Notes under the pieces: model-generated
Told to the model about the DNA's origin: nothing
Seen by the model: only the letters and a program-made list of their open reading frames with translations
Databases searched by the model: none
Shown: positions 1-8,551 of the stretch, one piece after another
Numbering within the stretch: the first letter of the stretch is position 1
Layout of the letters: every line of letters begins with the position of its first letter
Assembly: GCA_028696515.1 (NCBI GenBank)
Contig: JAQVGX010000001.1
Span: forward strand, 1-46,969
From: Candidatus Dojkabacteria bacterium
GTDB lineage: Bacteria > Patescibacteriota > Dojkabacteria > JAHIVN01
Length of the DNA: 46,969 nucleotides
Reading direction: 5' to 3'
Position numbers and translations under genes: made by a program

Positions 1-2
1 TA

Positions 3-683
3 TCCAGAGCCACATCAATCTCGCGATCAACAGTTTATCAGAGAATAGAAAACCTAAGAAAAGCCGGACTTGTTGTATTTGAATTCGGAGAAAAAGGACA
101 AGTAGTTAGAGCAATTCATCCTGACAAATTGAAAGAATTGATAGAGAAAAGAGTAGCAGACTCGAAAAAGTTATCCGACGAATTTCATTCGGTGCTACCA
201 GAATTGATAAATATCTATCAGCCAACAAGCACTAAAGCAAAGGTATTACACTTCCAGGGAAAGGAGGGCATACAGAGAATGATCTATGATTATGAGATGG
301 AGGCAAAATCTAAAGATCTTTATGGTTATACCACTGTGATGTTAGACAAGATTACCGGAAAAGCCTTCAATAGAAGGTATCATGAAAAATTCTACAAAAA
401 GGAATATAGAGATCATTTTCTGATGAGTGATAACAAAGGCAGCAGAGAATACTTCAAGGAAGTAAAAAAATATTGGCTCTATAAAGAGAAGCGTATTTTT
501 GTAAGAAAACTCCCGCAAAAGATTTTTGAACCGAAGGTAAATGTTTCAATGTATGATGATAAATACTCAATCGCTCTTATAAAGAAGGGAAAGCCATTTG
601 GGGTGATAATACAGAATGAAGAAATCGTACAGCATCAACTCGAGATATTTAAAATTTTATGGAATCAGTCACAAACAATCTAG
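3..683 (+). CDS. TrmB-like winged-helix transcriptional regulator (5' end cut by window edge)
   Basis: The frame of the listed 129-683 ORF stays open back to base 3. The extra N-terminal translation, SRATSISRSTVYQRIENLRKAGLVVFEFGEKGQVVRAIHPDKL, is a typical TrmB/MarR-type recognition helix plus wing. The gene sits directly upstream of an ABC exporter operon. Confidence 0.55.
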   Translation, partial: SRATSISRSTVYQRIENLRKAGLVVFEFGEKGQVVRAIHPDKLKELIEKRVADSKKLSDEFHSVLPELINIYQPTSTKAKVLHFQGKEGIQRMIYDYEMEAKSKDLYGYTTVMLDKITGKAFNRRYHEKFYKKEYRDHFLMSDNKGSREYFKEVKKYWLYKEKRIFVRKLPQKIFEPKVNVSMYDDKYSIALIKKGKPFGVIIQNEEIVQHQLEIFKILWNQSQTI

Positions 684-727
684 TTACTTAATTACCTAGT
701 TACCAAATTTTTAACAACTACCTGCTA

Positions 728-1678
728 ATGATCAAAGTTGACAATATAACAAAAGTATATACTTCAAGAAACACACTTGATAATTTGATGTTTCTTTTTG
801 GGTTTAAACGTAATTCTAAAAAACAAACAAAGGCAGTTGATAATATAAGTTTTCAGATAAACCCTGGAGAAATAGTTGGGATTATAGGTCCTAATGGTGC
901 AGGTAAAACAACAACAATAAAAATGCTGACCGGACTTCTGAGGCCAACCGAGGGTACTATAAAAATCGGGAAGTATACTCCATTTGAACTTTCCAGAGAT
1001 TTCAAACTTGCCATAGGTCTCTTCAGAGGGGAGGTGAGTTCGTTAGATGATGGAGTTATCATAAAGGATTCAATTGAGGAGCGACTGAGAATATACGGCA
1101 AGAAAAATTTGAAATCAAATCAATATGCAAAGAGACTCTTTGAAATAGCCGAGACAGATAGATTTCTTGGTGGAGTTCCGGAAGAACTATCACAAGGGCA
1201 GAGAACTTTGATAGAATTTGTGGCTAGCATTGTTCACAAACCTAAATATCTTTTCCTTGATGAACCAACAAACGGTCTCGATATAAATGCCGTAACAAGG
1301 TTCAAAGAAGTAATCCGTTATTTGAACAGTGAACTGGGAATAACTATCTTGATCACCTCTCACAATTTACAGCACGTTGTAGAACTTTCACACAGAATAA
1401 TTCTTATCAACAAAGGGAAAATTCTCATAGACAAGGAAACAGATGCGGTAATGCATAAAGACACGCTTGATCGCGTCATCAAGTTCTACATTGAATCAAA
1501 AGAAGGCACAGCAAATATGCCTAACAACATGAACCTGAATTATCCCTGGGTCACTGTAAAGGTGAATAAAAGTAATTTAGAAGATGAGATACTAAAAGGC
1601 CTTAAAAGATTCAAAGTCTCAGACATCAGGATAACTGAGCCGCCGGTAGAAGAGATATTTGCGGGGTATTATAAGTAA
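728..1678 (+). CDS. ABC transporter ATP-binding protein (ABC-2 / COG4586-like)
   Basis: Walker A GPNGAGKTT, signature LSQGQR, Walker B LFLDEPTNGLD, H-loop TSHN. ATG start at 728. Two polytopic membrane genes follow. Confidence 0.9.
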   Translation: MIKVDNITKVYTSRNTLDNLMFLFGFKRNSKKQTKAVDNISFQINPGEIVGIIGPNGAGKTTTIKMLTGLLRPTEGTIKIGKYTPFELSRDFKLAIGLFRGEVSSLDDGVIIKDSIEERLRIYGKKNLKSNQYAKRLFEIAETDRFLGGVPEELSQGQRTLIEFVASIVHKPKYLFLDEPTNGLDINAVTRFKEVIRYLNSELGITILITSHNLQHVVELSHRIILINKGKILIDKETDAVMHKDTLDRVIKFYIESKEGTANMPNNMNLNYPWVTVKVNKSNLEDEILKGLKRFKVSDIRITEPPVEEIFAGYYK

Positions 1679-1760
1679 AAGCAGTATAACAATAATTAAA
1701 CAATTGTTGAACGATTGCAGCTTAGAGAAGGAATCAATCATATTCAGTAAATACAAACTT

Positions 1761-2486
1761 ATGATAAAAAACCGTCTGATCAAAAATCTAAAATCTCCTA
1801 CCTACTACTTCTCTCAGGTATTCGGTTCAGCTGCATATGTATTTCTGATAGTTCTTTGGATTTTTCTTAGAGATCGAAGCAACTTAGGCGTAACAAATAC
1901 TCAAATCGTCATGTACTTTATCACCATCTACTCATTTAATTATCTTTTCACATTCAATTTTGTAGATGCAGTAGTAGCTCGACTAAAAGAAAAGTCTGAG
2001 CTATTCTGGCTGAATCCAACATCAGCTCTTAGGATATTCTTTAGCAAAGATTTCCTGCCGATAATTATTGACAATTTGCCCTTGGCATTTCTCTCTGTAG
2101 CAAGCTCCTTAGCTCTTCAGCTCATTAGCCCACAAGCTCTGATCCTTTTTCTGGGACTTATAATACTCACCCACATCTGTCATTTCTTTTTATCAATAAC
2201 ATTTGCTCTATTGAAATTCTATCTCAGATGGGAATGGGTTTCTTTCAGCTTGAGGTATATAGGGTTAACCTGGAACGGATCGTATTTACCGCTAATCTTT
2301 TTTAAGGGGATCTTCTATAAAATATTAATAGCACTACCTTTTCTACATTCAGGATTAGCTATTCAGTTACTACTAAACGAACAGCTCAATGTAACCTTCC
2401 TCCTCAATGTACTTGTTTTTACTTTAATTTTCGTACTCACAAGTCTTTATATGTTACATAACTTTAAGAAGTTCCAGCAAAACTAA
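1761..2486 (+). CDS. ABC-2 family transporter permease
   Basis: Almost entirely hydrophobic, with about 6 helices and no soluble domain. It follows the ATPase gene. I prefer the ATG at 1761; the track ORF starts at a TTG at 1659 that overlaps the ATPase stop, so the start is ambiguous. Confidence 0.6.
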   Translation: MIKNRLIKNLKSPTYYFSQVFGSAAYVFLIVLWIFLRDRSNLGVTNTQIVMYFITIYSFNYLFTFNFVDAVVARLKEKSELFWLNPTSALRIFFSKDFLPIIIDNLPLAFLSVASSLALQLISPQALILFLGLIILTHICHFFLSITFALLKFYLRWEWVSFSLRYIGLTWNGSYLPLIFFKGIFYKILIALPFLHSGLAIQLLLNEQLNVTFLLNVLVFTLIFVLTSLYMLHNFKKFQQN

Positions 2487-2534
2487 GCAACCGTTAACCA
2501 ACCGTAATACAATAGTTAAGCAATAGTCTTACAA

Positions 2535-3287
2535 ATGTCAATTTTACTAACCAGAATCAAAAAATTAATACGCCAGAACTTCTTACCTGAAAACCGTGTT
2601 CAAACTATCAGCGAGATCATAGCTGTTCTAGTCTGGATGGCTTCAACCGTAATATTCTATTATGTCCTGCAGGATATTTTCCCCGAGCAGGAGTTTTGGA
2701 AAGGTGCAAACTTTGCATCCATTATAGCCAGCTTCTTTATAGTAGACGGATTGCTTTTCAGCTTTTTGTTCAGGAATCTTTTCGAACTTAGTGAGCAAAT
2801 TGAAAGTAGAAAAATTGATCAGCGTCTTCTAATGCCAGTAGGATTCAAGAGTTATTCGGGCTTCCGAAAGATGCAGTTCTCGTCCCTGATTCAAATTCCC
2901 GTTTCTATCGTTTTGATCATCTTGACCATTAGATCACCGATTCCCGGTTTTCTATTCTGGACAGGTAGTCTAATCATCGGCTATCTTATCGCTTACCATC
3001 TTTGGTATATTCTTTCACTTCTTTCCTTCTGGATAAAAATAGGTGAGAAATCAACTTTTCTTTTCGAAGAATTCTCCCTCATAAGTATGTTTCCAGCTGC
3101 ACCATTTATAGCTTCAAAGCTGTACTTCTTTTTCTTTCCTTTTCTAACCTTCGCAAGCTTTTCAGCGAAAGGACTTCTTGAGGGAGGGTGGGAGAGAATA
3201 TATATTATGCAGTCAGCAGTACTTCTTGTTTTCGTTTTTACAGCAAAAATCCTAGAATATTTAGGAATTAAGAGATATCGTGCCTAG
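2535..3287 (+). CDS. ABC-2 family transporter permease (second subunit)
   Basis: Polytopic hydrophobic 250-aa protein. It is the third gene of the ATPase-permease-permease arrangement typical of COG4586/4587/3694-type exporters. Confidence 0.6.
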   Translation: MSILLTRIKKLIRQNFLPENRVQTISEIIAVLVWMASTVIFYYVLQDIFPEQEFWKGANFASIIASFFIVDGLLFSFLFRNLFELSEQIESRKIDQRLLMPVGFKSYSGFRKMQFSSLIQIPVSIVLIILTIRSPIPGFLFWTGSLIIGYLIAYHLWYILSLLSFWIKIGEKSTFLFEEFSLISMFPAAPFIASKLYFFFFPFLTFASFSAKGLLEGGWERIYIMQSAVLLVFVFTAKILEYLGIKRYRA

Positions 3288-3336
3288 ATTAAACGGCCAT
3301 TAGCAGAATAGGAAGCTATTTGCCTGGATAAACCAA

Positions 3337-3364
3337 AGAGGTGCTAATTTACATTAACACCTCT
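3337..3364. terminator. Possible hairpin between convergent genes
   Basis: AGAGGTG (3337-3343) pairs with CACCTCT (3358-3364) around a 14-nt loop. It lies between the convergent genes ending at 3287 (+) and 3389 (-). Only a weak T-rich tail follows on the minus strand. Confidence 0.2.
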
Positions 3365-3388
3365 CAGAAATCTAAACTTACTATCTTT

Positions 3389-3610
3389 TTAGTTATCGTG
3401 TCCGTAACCTATCTGTCGTTCATCTCTCGTTTCCTCGTCCCAGTTTCCTTCATCCTCACCATAGGATCCATCTTGGTCTTCATCCTGTGGTCTTTGTTGA
3501 ACACCAATACCCCCGGGTTCACCGACTTCAGCACTTGCTGTAGATGAGTAGAATGTTAACACTCCAGCTACAATCAGTAAAAAAAGAATAGCCTTTACGG
3601 AATTCTTCAT
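3389..3610 (-). CDS. Small secreted acidic protein (73 aa)
   Basis: The internal Met gives MKNSVKAILFLLIVAGVLTFYSSTASA|EV, a clean signal peptide. A D/E/G-rich 45-aa tail follows. The + strand ORF 3341-3547 looks like its hydrophobic shadow. Confidence 0.4.
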   Translation of the reverse strand: MKNSVKAILFLLIVAGVLTFYSSTASAEVGEPGGIGVQQRPQDEDQDGSYGEDEGNWDEETRDERQIGYGHDN

Positions 3611-3799
3611 ATATGAATAAAAGAAAAAATTAAGTACACACTGTAAGATACATACGGAAGAATTGATCACAGGGTACAAAGAAATTTTACATGAAGATTT
3701 TTTCTGATATCTAGAAACAGATCCAGAACTTCTATCTCACCTTTCGACCCTCTACATTTTAGCAGATCTCTTCCCTAGTCAAAAACGACATTATACTAG

Positions 3800-4432
3800 C
3801 TAGTATCCCATTTCAACCCCACTTACCGCCATACCTTCTACTATACCTCTTACTGCACCCAGCTCTCTTATAACTCGTACACCATGCTCTCGAACAATAT
3901 CCAACGCATGATCATCAGGTTCCCTAAGCGCTAACCAAATAGGCACTATTCCATTCTCGCTGCAGCCTATCATATGAATCAAGCTATCATCAATAAGTAC
4001 ATGCGCCCCAATTCGCAAACAAATTTCTAGTTTTGATGAAGTTTCTCCCTCATATTCACCCGTATAGTAAATGTCGCTAATCCCCAAAAACCATCTTTGT
4101 ATCCAGCTAGCTGTCCTTTCTGGATCATCATGACATGCAGTAACTACAACAACCTTGTCTCCTTGAGCTATCAAGCTTTCCACCAACTCAACTGCTCCCG
4201 CTGCAGGTTCAATGTTTATAAAAGAGTCTTGATGATAAAACTCCTTGACAATCGCAATCGCTTGCTCGAGCGTTCCACCCCAAATCTGCCCAAAATTTCT
4301 AACCCCTAATAATCGGCGCCAATCGTCTACTGGATGAACACCTTCCCACCGGAGATAATTTTCATTCACAAATTCTGCTAATGGTTCGAGGAAGGGCCTC
4401 AAAACATCATCTAGATCAAATGCAACTATCAT
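3800..4432 (-). CDS. HAD-superfamily hydrolase (nucleotidase-like)
   Basis: N-terminal nucleophile motif FDLDDVL (DxD). Later VVVVTA and LIDDS motifs, in the order typical of HAD / NT5C-like phosphatases. Confidence 0.6.
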   Translation of the reverse strand: MIVAFDLDDVLRPFLEPLAEFVNENYLRWEGVHPVDDWRRLLGVRNFGQIWGGTLEQAIAIVKEFYHQDSFINIEPAAGAVELVESLIAQGDKVVVVTACHDDPERTASWIQRWFLGISDIYYTGEYEGETSSKLEICLRIGAHVLIDDSLIHMIGCSENGIVPIWLALREPDDHALDIVREHGVRVIRELGAVRGIVEGMAVSGVEMGY

Positions 4433-4512
4433 ATAATTTTGAAGTAAACAAAACGAGGCAGAATGTTTTATGAATTATATAAATAGCACACATTAACGTC
4501 AATCTTGAACTC

Positions 4513-4600
4513 ATAGCTAGTTCAATGTCTGTAGTTGGTTCAATGCCTGTAGTTGGTTCAATGCTTGTAGCTGGTTCAATGCCCCAGCATTGAACCAATG
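4513..4600 (+). repeat. Four tandem 18-bp repeats ending in a hairpin
   Basis: Units are atagctagttcaatgtct, gtagttggttcaatgcct, gtagttggttcaatgctt and gtagctggttcaatgccc. They are followed by cagcattgaaccaatg, so TGGTTCAATGC (4572-4582) pairs with GCATTGAACCA (4587-4597). Confidence 0.85.
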
Positions 4601-4780
4601 CAGCCTAATATAGTATAATCCGTTCATGAACACTTACAGAAACCAAAATCTAATCCTCAAAAGTTCCTACAAAACAGGAGCTAATGTTTCTGTATTCTCC
4701 TTCTTCTTCGCCGGCTGACCGGCGATATTCTCATAAACCATAGTCGAATAATCAATTAGTTGTTGGTTCACTTAGACGAA

Positions 4781-4814
4781 GTAACTGGTTCAATGCCCCT
4801 GCATTGAACCAATG
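4781..4814 (+). repeat. Distal copy of the 34-bp repeat-plus-hairpin unit
   Basis: gtaactggttcaatgcccctgcattgaaccaatg matches 4567-4600 (gtagctggttcaatgccccagcattgaaccaatg) with 2 mismatches. The two copies are in direct orientation, with starts 214 bp apart. Confidence 0.85.
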
Positions 4815-4859
4815 TTACCTAACTATTCAATTAACTATTTAATCAATTACTTACAAAGC

Positions 4860-5975
4860 ATGAACATCAAACCAATAACCAAGGAACAGCTTAAAAAGTA
4901 TCTGTCTGTAAAAGATCTTGTAAATAGAAAAGGCGATTACGCCATAAAGCTATTGTATAACGAAATAAAGGAATATGTAGAAAGTTCTATTCCTGAAAGT
5001 GATGTAAGGGTCTATATCACCAATCCTATTGTTTCTGTAAAAGACAATTACGACCGGCTGCTTTTCAAGAAGGATAATGCAGGCAGATCATCTACATACA
5101 CGCATTACGTAACAAGGGAAAAAATGCTAAGAACTCACACATCTGCTTATATCCCCAGTATACTGGACAAATTAGCACGCGAAAAGAATTGGAACGATAT
5201 CACTATTGTCCTTCCGGGTCTTGCCTACAGAAGGGACGTAACGGATAAAATACATCTCGCAGTTTGTCATCAGCTCGATATCTGGAGAGTGACGAAGGGA
5301 AAGAAAATTACTAAGAAAGATCTGATGAAAACGGTTGACGGGATCATACAAGTCGGAGCTCCCGGCTGGAGAAAGAAAGTTATAGTATCTCGTCATCCAT
5401 ACACAAACGGCGGAGTTGAAATCGATCTAGTCAAGAATGGAAGGGAAATTGAAATCCTAGAATGCGGGCTGATCAAAGAAAAAATTCTGGAGAATTCTGG
5501 ACTAGATCCCAATATGTACTGTGGATGGGCTATGGGAATGGGACTTGATCGGCTGCTTATGACCAGAAAGAATATTCCCGATATCCGATATATTCGATCG
5601 ATAAACCCTAGAATAGCTGAGCAGATGAAAGACCTCGAGCCATATGTCAAAGTTTCAGACCAGCCGCCTATTTACAGAGATATGTCGTACTGTGTCCCCA
5701 ATGATTATGTCGAGGAAGATGTGAATGAGGACATCAGAAACGCCTTGGGGAGTAAAGTTGAGATGCTTGAAAGTATAGAGATCCTTTCGCAGACCACTTA
5801 CAAAAATTTGCCGAGAGAGGCAGCGGAAAGACTCGGGTGTCATAATGATCAGAAGAATATCTTAGTCAGAATTACCCTAAGACATTTGTCGAAGACGTTG
5901 ACCAAAAAAGATGCGAATGCGGTTTATGATCAAATATACAAAGAAGTGAATAAGGGTAGCGGGGGATATATTTAA
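4860..5975 (+). CDS. Monomeric PheRS-like class II aminoacyl-tRNA synthetase (PheS-type core fused to an FDX-ACB-like C-terminal domain)
   Basis: Motif 2-like GLAYRRDVTDKIHLAVCHQLDIW. Motif 3 GWAMGMGLDRLLMTRKNIPDIRYI, which carries the PheS hallmark IPDIR. The C-terminal ~95 aa (DMSYCVP...ILVRITLRHLSKTLTKKDAN) resemble the ferredoxin-fold anticodon-binding domain. I prefer the ATG at 4860 because the track start at 4812 lies inside the repeat hairpin. Confidence 0.7.
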   Translation: MNIKPITKEQLKKYLSVKDLVNRKGDYAIKLLYNEIKEYVESSIPESDVRVYITNPIVSVKDNYDRLLFKKDNAGRSSTYTHYVTREKMLRTHTSAYIPSILDKLAREKNWNDITIVLPGLAYRRDVTDKIHLAVCHQLDIWRVTKGKKITKKDLMKTVDGIIQVGAPGWRKKVIVSRHPYTNGGVEIDLVKNGREIEILECGLIKEKILENSGLDPNMYCGWAMGMGLDRLLMTRKNIPDIRYIRSINPRIAEQMKDLEPYVKVSDQPPIYRDMSYCVPNDYVEEDVNEDIRNALGSKVEMLESIEILSQTTYKNLPREAAERLGCHNDQKNILVRITLRHLSKTLTKKDANAVYDQIYKEVNKGSGGYI

Positions 5976-6522
5976 ATTTGAAATATTTGGCTTATTACCT
6001 TTGCCTTCATTGTTTTGGCCTTGGCGCAAAGTCGCCATCCTTATGCGGGCACGCAACTTTTCACCTTTAATCGTCAAACTTCGACGGCCCCTAGTGAATA
6101 GGCCTCTGAAAGACCTATCGTTGCAACAAAGCCACAAACTTATCTGTGCATACTGGGAAACGATATATATCCATCCGCCTTTATGAATCCAATTCGAACG
6201 GTCTTTTACCCTGACACTAGATCTGTTCCTGATTCAACCTCCATATTGAGATCTATGTACATTGTAAAACGAGAACAGCTAAATTCGTTTTTGGATCCTA
6301 CCTCAGTTGCTGATTATGTGGTATAGATAAACATCAAAGTTATCGTGTTCTGTAACAAGCTTCGAAATATTTCCAAACTAATGCAATTTAGTTATTGCGA
6401 ACTCATAAGTCTTCTTTATTAAGTATATATCCCAACCAATCTTTTCGTCGCACTGTAATTTCAGCACCTAGACCAATGTTATATATTTAGGATATAATCT
6501 AATCTGCTTTGTTTTTTTGATT

Positions 6523-7272
6523 ATGGAAACAGGATTTCATAGTATAAAAGAGTATATGGTAGAGGCGAGTAAATTGCCTGAACTTGTTCTTGAAACTCTC
6601 CAAGGCGTTTATAAGGAAATGGGAAGAAGCCTGCTTACATGTGCTCAACCTCTGGGCTTACTAACTGACAGATTGTATGATGAGTGTCAAAGGCTGAGCT
6701 TGACACCAAATATTCAAGGGCTTCAATCTAGAATTGGTCAAATTGAGGTATTAAAAGATCGAATATCTTTCTTGGTTGAATCTGGACTTCTACTTGAACA
6801 ACTAAGATATCCCCAAGCTGTTATTCGTCATCCTTCATATCAGCCGGTTCAAAGTATATGTCAGGCTTCAGTAAACGAAACTATAGCTCATCTTGCAGCA
6901 GCATGCGCCGTTGCATTTCATCCATTACCACAATTAGATAGAGCTTTTGTCCATTGTGTCCCCAAAGAAATCGTTCACTTATTACAAGTTTCTATGTTAG
7001 AGCCCTTACTGAGTGCTGGACAAAGAGGACCAGTAGAAGTTGCCTTGACAGTCGAAGCACTAGGTCCACAGACTATATCGCTAAAAGTGAAAAGCTCAAC
7101 TCCCGTTATTCAAGATGAAGCTTTGACCAGGGAATTTGATGTCCACCGAATGACGGCCCGGGCAATGGCACAAGCTCATGGACCCGGCTGGGATATCATT
7201 CAAAACGGTCATGTAGATGGAAATGTTTTAACACTTAGGTTTCCGGTAACACATGAGTACACGCTAGGTTAG
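6523..7272 (+). CDS. Hypothetical protein
   Basis: Long open frame with no overlapping competitor. The C-terminal part (ISLKVKSSTPVIQDEA...GPGWDIIQNGHVDGNVLTLRFPV) only vaguely recalls a degenerate GHKL ATPase fold and has no G-boxes. Confidence 0.45.
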   Translation: METGFHSIKEYMVEASKLPELVLETLQGVYKEMGRSLLTCAQPLGLLTDRLYDECQRLSLTPNIQGLQSRIGQIEVLKDRISFLVESGLLLEQLRYPQAVIRHPSYQPVQSICQASVNETIAHLAAACAVAFHPLPQLDRAFVHCVPKEIVHLLQVSMLEPLLSAGQRGPVEVALTVEALGPQTISLKVKSSTPVIQDEALTREFDVHRMTARAMAQAHGPGWDIIQNGHVDGNVLTLRFPVTHEYTLG

Positions 7273-7383
7273 AAAACAGAGTATTCTGATAAGTAAACTT
7301 ACAATCACATTTAAACAAGAGCATATCTTCACAGATCTTCTGAAATCCGATACAATATCTCTAGTTACATTTGAAAAGAGAAT

Positions 7384-7728
7384 ATGGAAGGTGATAAAAA
7401 CACTGAGGCTTCAAAATGGCTTCAAGGTAACAATAACCCCTCGGCTTTAGCCAGCAACAGATTTGGAACAACACAAAAAGCACTTGTTTTTGTTGAAAAG
7501 CTGTACGAACTAGGGGCACAGAAAGTTTTGATTGATAACATATTTAACGAAGAATCCAGAATTGAATCAGAAGGCGGTCCCTATGCTGATTCTATAATTG
7601 TAGAGTTACCTACTGATCCTGATAAAAGAACCAAACTATACGAATTATACAATGCTGAAGCTTTAAATGAAGGATTCGAGGAAACAGAAGACGATGGGGC
7701 AGACTCCTTAACTTTCTGGTGGGACTAA
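7384..7728 (+). CDS. Hypothetical small acidic protein
   Basis: 114-aa ORF with an ATG start. No family recognised. Confidence 0.4.
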   Translation: MEGDKNTEASKWLQGNNNPSALASNRFGTTQKALVFVEKLYELGAQKVLIDNIFNEESRIESEGGPYADSIIVELPTDPDKRTKLYELYNAEALNEGFEETEDDGADSLTFWWD

Positions 7729-7763
7729 ACAAACACATAAAATCTAAATTCAAAAATAACATC

Positions 7764-8507
7764 ATGAAACTCAAAGGCAAAACAGCTCTTATAACAGGTG
7801 CCTCCCGGGGAATAGGTAGAGCAATAGCTCTGGCGTTTGCTTCAGAAGGAGCCAATATCATAGTAAACTACAAAGAAAATATGAAAAAGGCTTTATCCGT
7901 AGCAAAGAAAATTCAAGAAGTAGGTGTAAAGGCTGAGATTGTAAGAGCAGATATATCCCAGTTTAGCGACCTCAAGCTATTAGTTGAAAAATCGATATCA
8001 GCAATCGGAAAGATTGACATTCTCGTTAACAATGCAGGGATCGGGCCAAGAGAAAATTTTGAGGAGTGTACTGAGGAAACTTGGAATTCGACAATTGATA
8101 CCAATCTTAAAAGCATATTTTTCCTGTCACAACTTGTCGCTAAACATATGAAAAAGCTGCGTAGTGGAAATATTATCAATATAGCCTCTCAGGCTGGTTT
8201 AGTTCACAATAATGTTCCCATTATTTATGGCTTATCAAAATCAGGAGTAATCTATTTGTCAAAATTCCTAGCAAATATTCTCGCCCCAGAAATCAGAGTC
8301 AACTGTATTTCTCCTGGACGTACCTCAACCGATATGACAGGCTACGCTACAAATCCACTGAAAAAAGCCGAGAGAGAGAAGAATATACCACTTGGCAGGG
8401 TTAATGAACCGGAAGATATCGCTAAAGCGGCCTTATTCTTTGCTACAGCTGATTCGGTTAATGTGACTGGGCAGGTTCTCTCAATCGATGGTGGAGAAGT
8501 TATTTGA
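7764..8507 (+). CDS. SDR-family oxidoreductase (FabG-like)
   Basis: TGASRGIGRAIA dinucleotide motif, NNAG, catalytic Y-x3-K (YGLSK), about 247 aa. ATG at 7764 (MKLKGKTALITG) fits the usual SDR N-terminus. Confidence 0.85.
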   Translation: MKLKGKTALITGASRGIGRAIALAFASEGANIIVNYKENMKKALSVAKKIQEVGVKAEIVRADISQFSDLKLLVEKSISAIGKIDILVNNAGIGPRENFEECTEETWNSTIDTNLKSIFFLSQLVAKHMKKLRSGNIINIASQAGLVHNNVPIIYGLSKSGVIYLSKFLANILAPEIRVNCISPGRTSTDMTGYATNPLKKAEREKNIPLGRVNEPEDIAKAALFFATADSVNVTGQVLSIDGGEVI

Positions 8508-8551
8508 TTAGGAATTTGATTTCTCAAATTCTAAGACGCTATAATTCTACA

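Noticed and set aside
3341-3547. 68-aa plus-strand ORF and many antisense ORFs inside large genes (for example 853-1101, 10180-10551, 11259-11603, 27230-28123, 39700-40089, 45831-46211)
   Set aside because: They lie opposite well-supported genes, have odd composition (shadow frames of acidic or repeat-rich proteins) and carry no recognisable motifs.
4416-4598. 60-aa minus-strand ORF (MVQCWGIEPATSIEPTTGIEPTTDIE...)
   Set aside because: Its periodic sequence is simply the translation of the 18-bp tandem repeats. No start context or plausible fold.
4513-4600. Possible CRISPR array (short direct repeats)
   Set aside because: The units are 18 bp and directly abutting with no spacers. There are only about 4 copies and no cas genes. 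This is a tandem repeat or operator-like array, not CRISPR.
5877-6186. Overlapping ORFs 5877-6137 (-) and 6001-6186 (+) in the gap after the PheRS-like gene
   Set aside because: They are mutually exclusive, basic and low-complexity, with no motif. The region is better treated as non-coding and possibly structured RNA (see findings).
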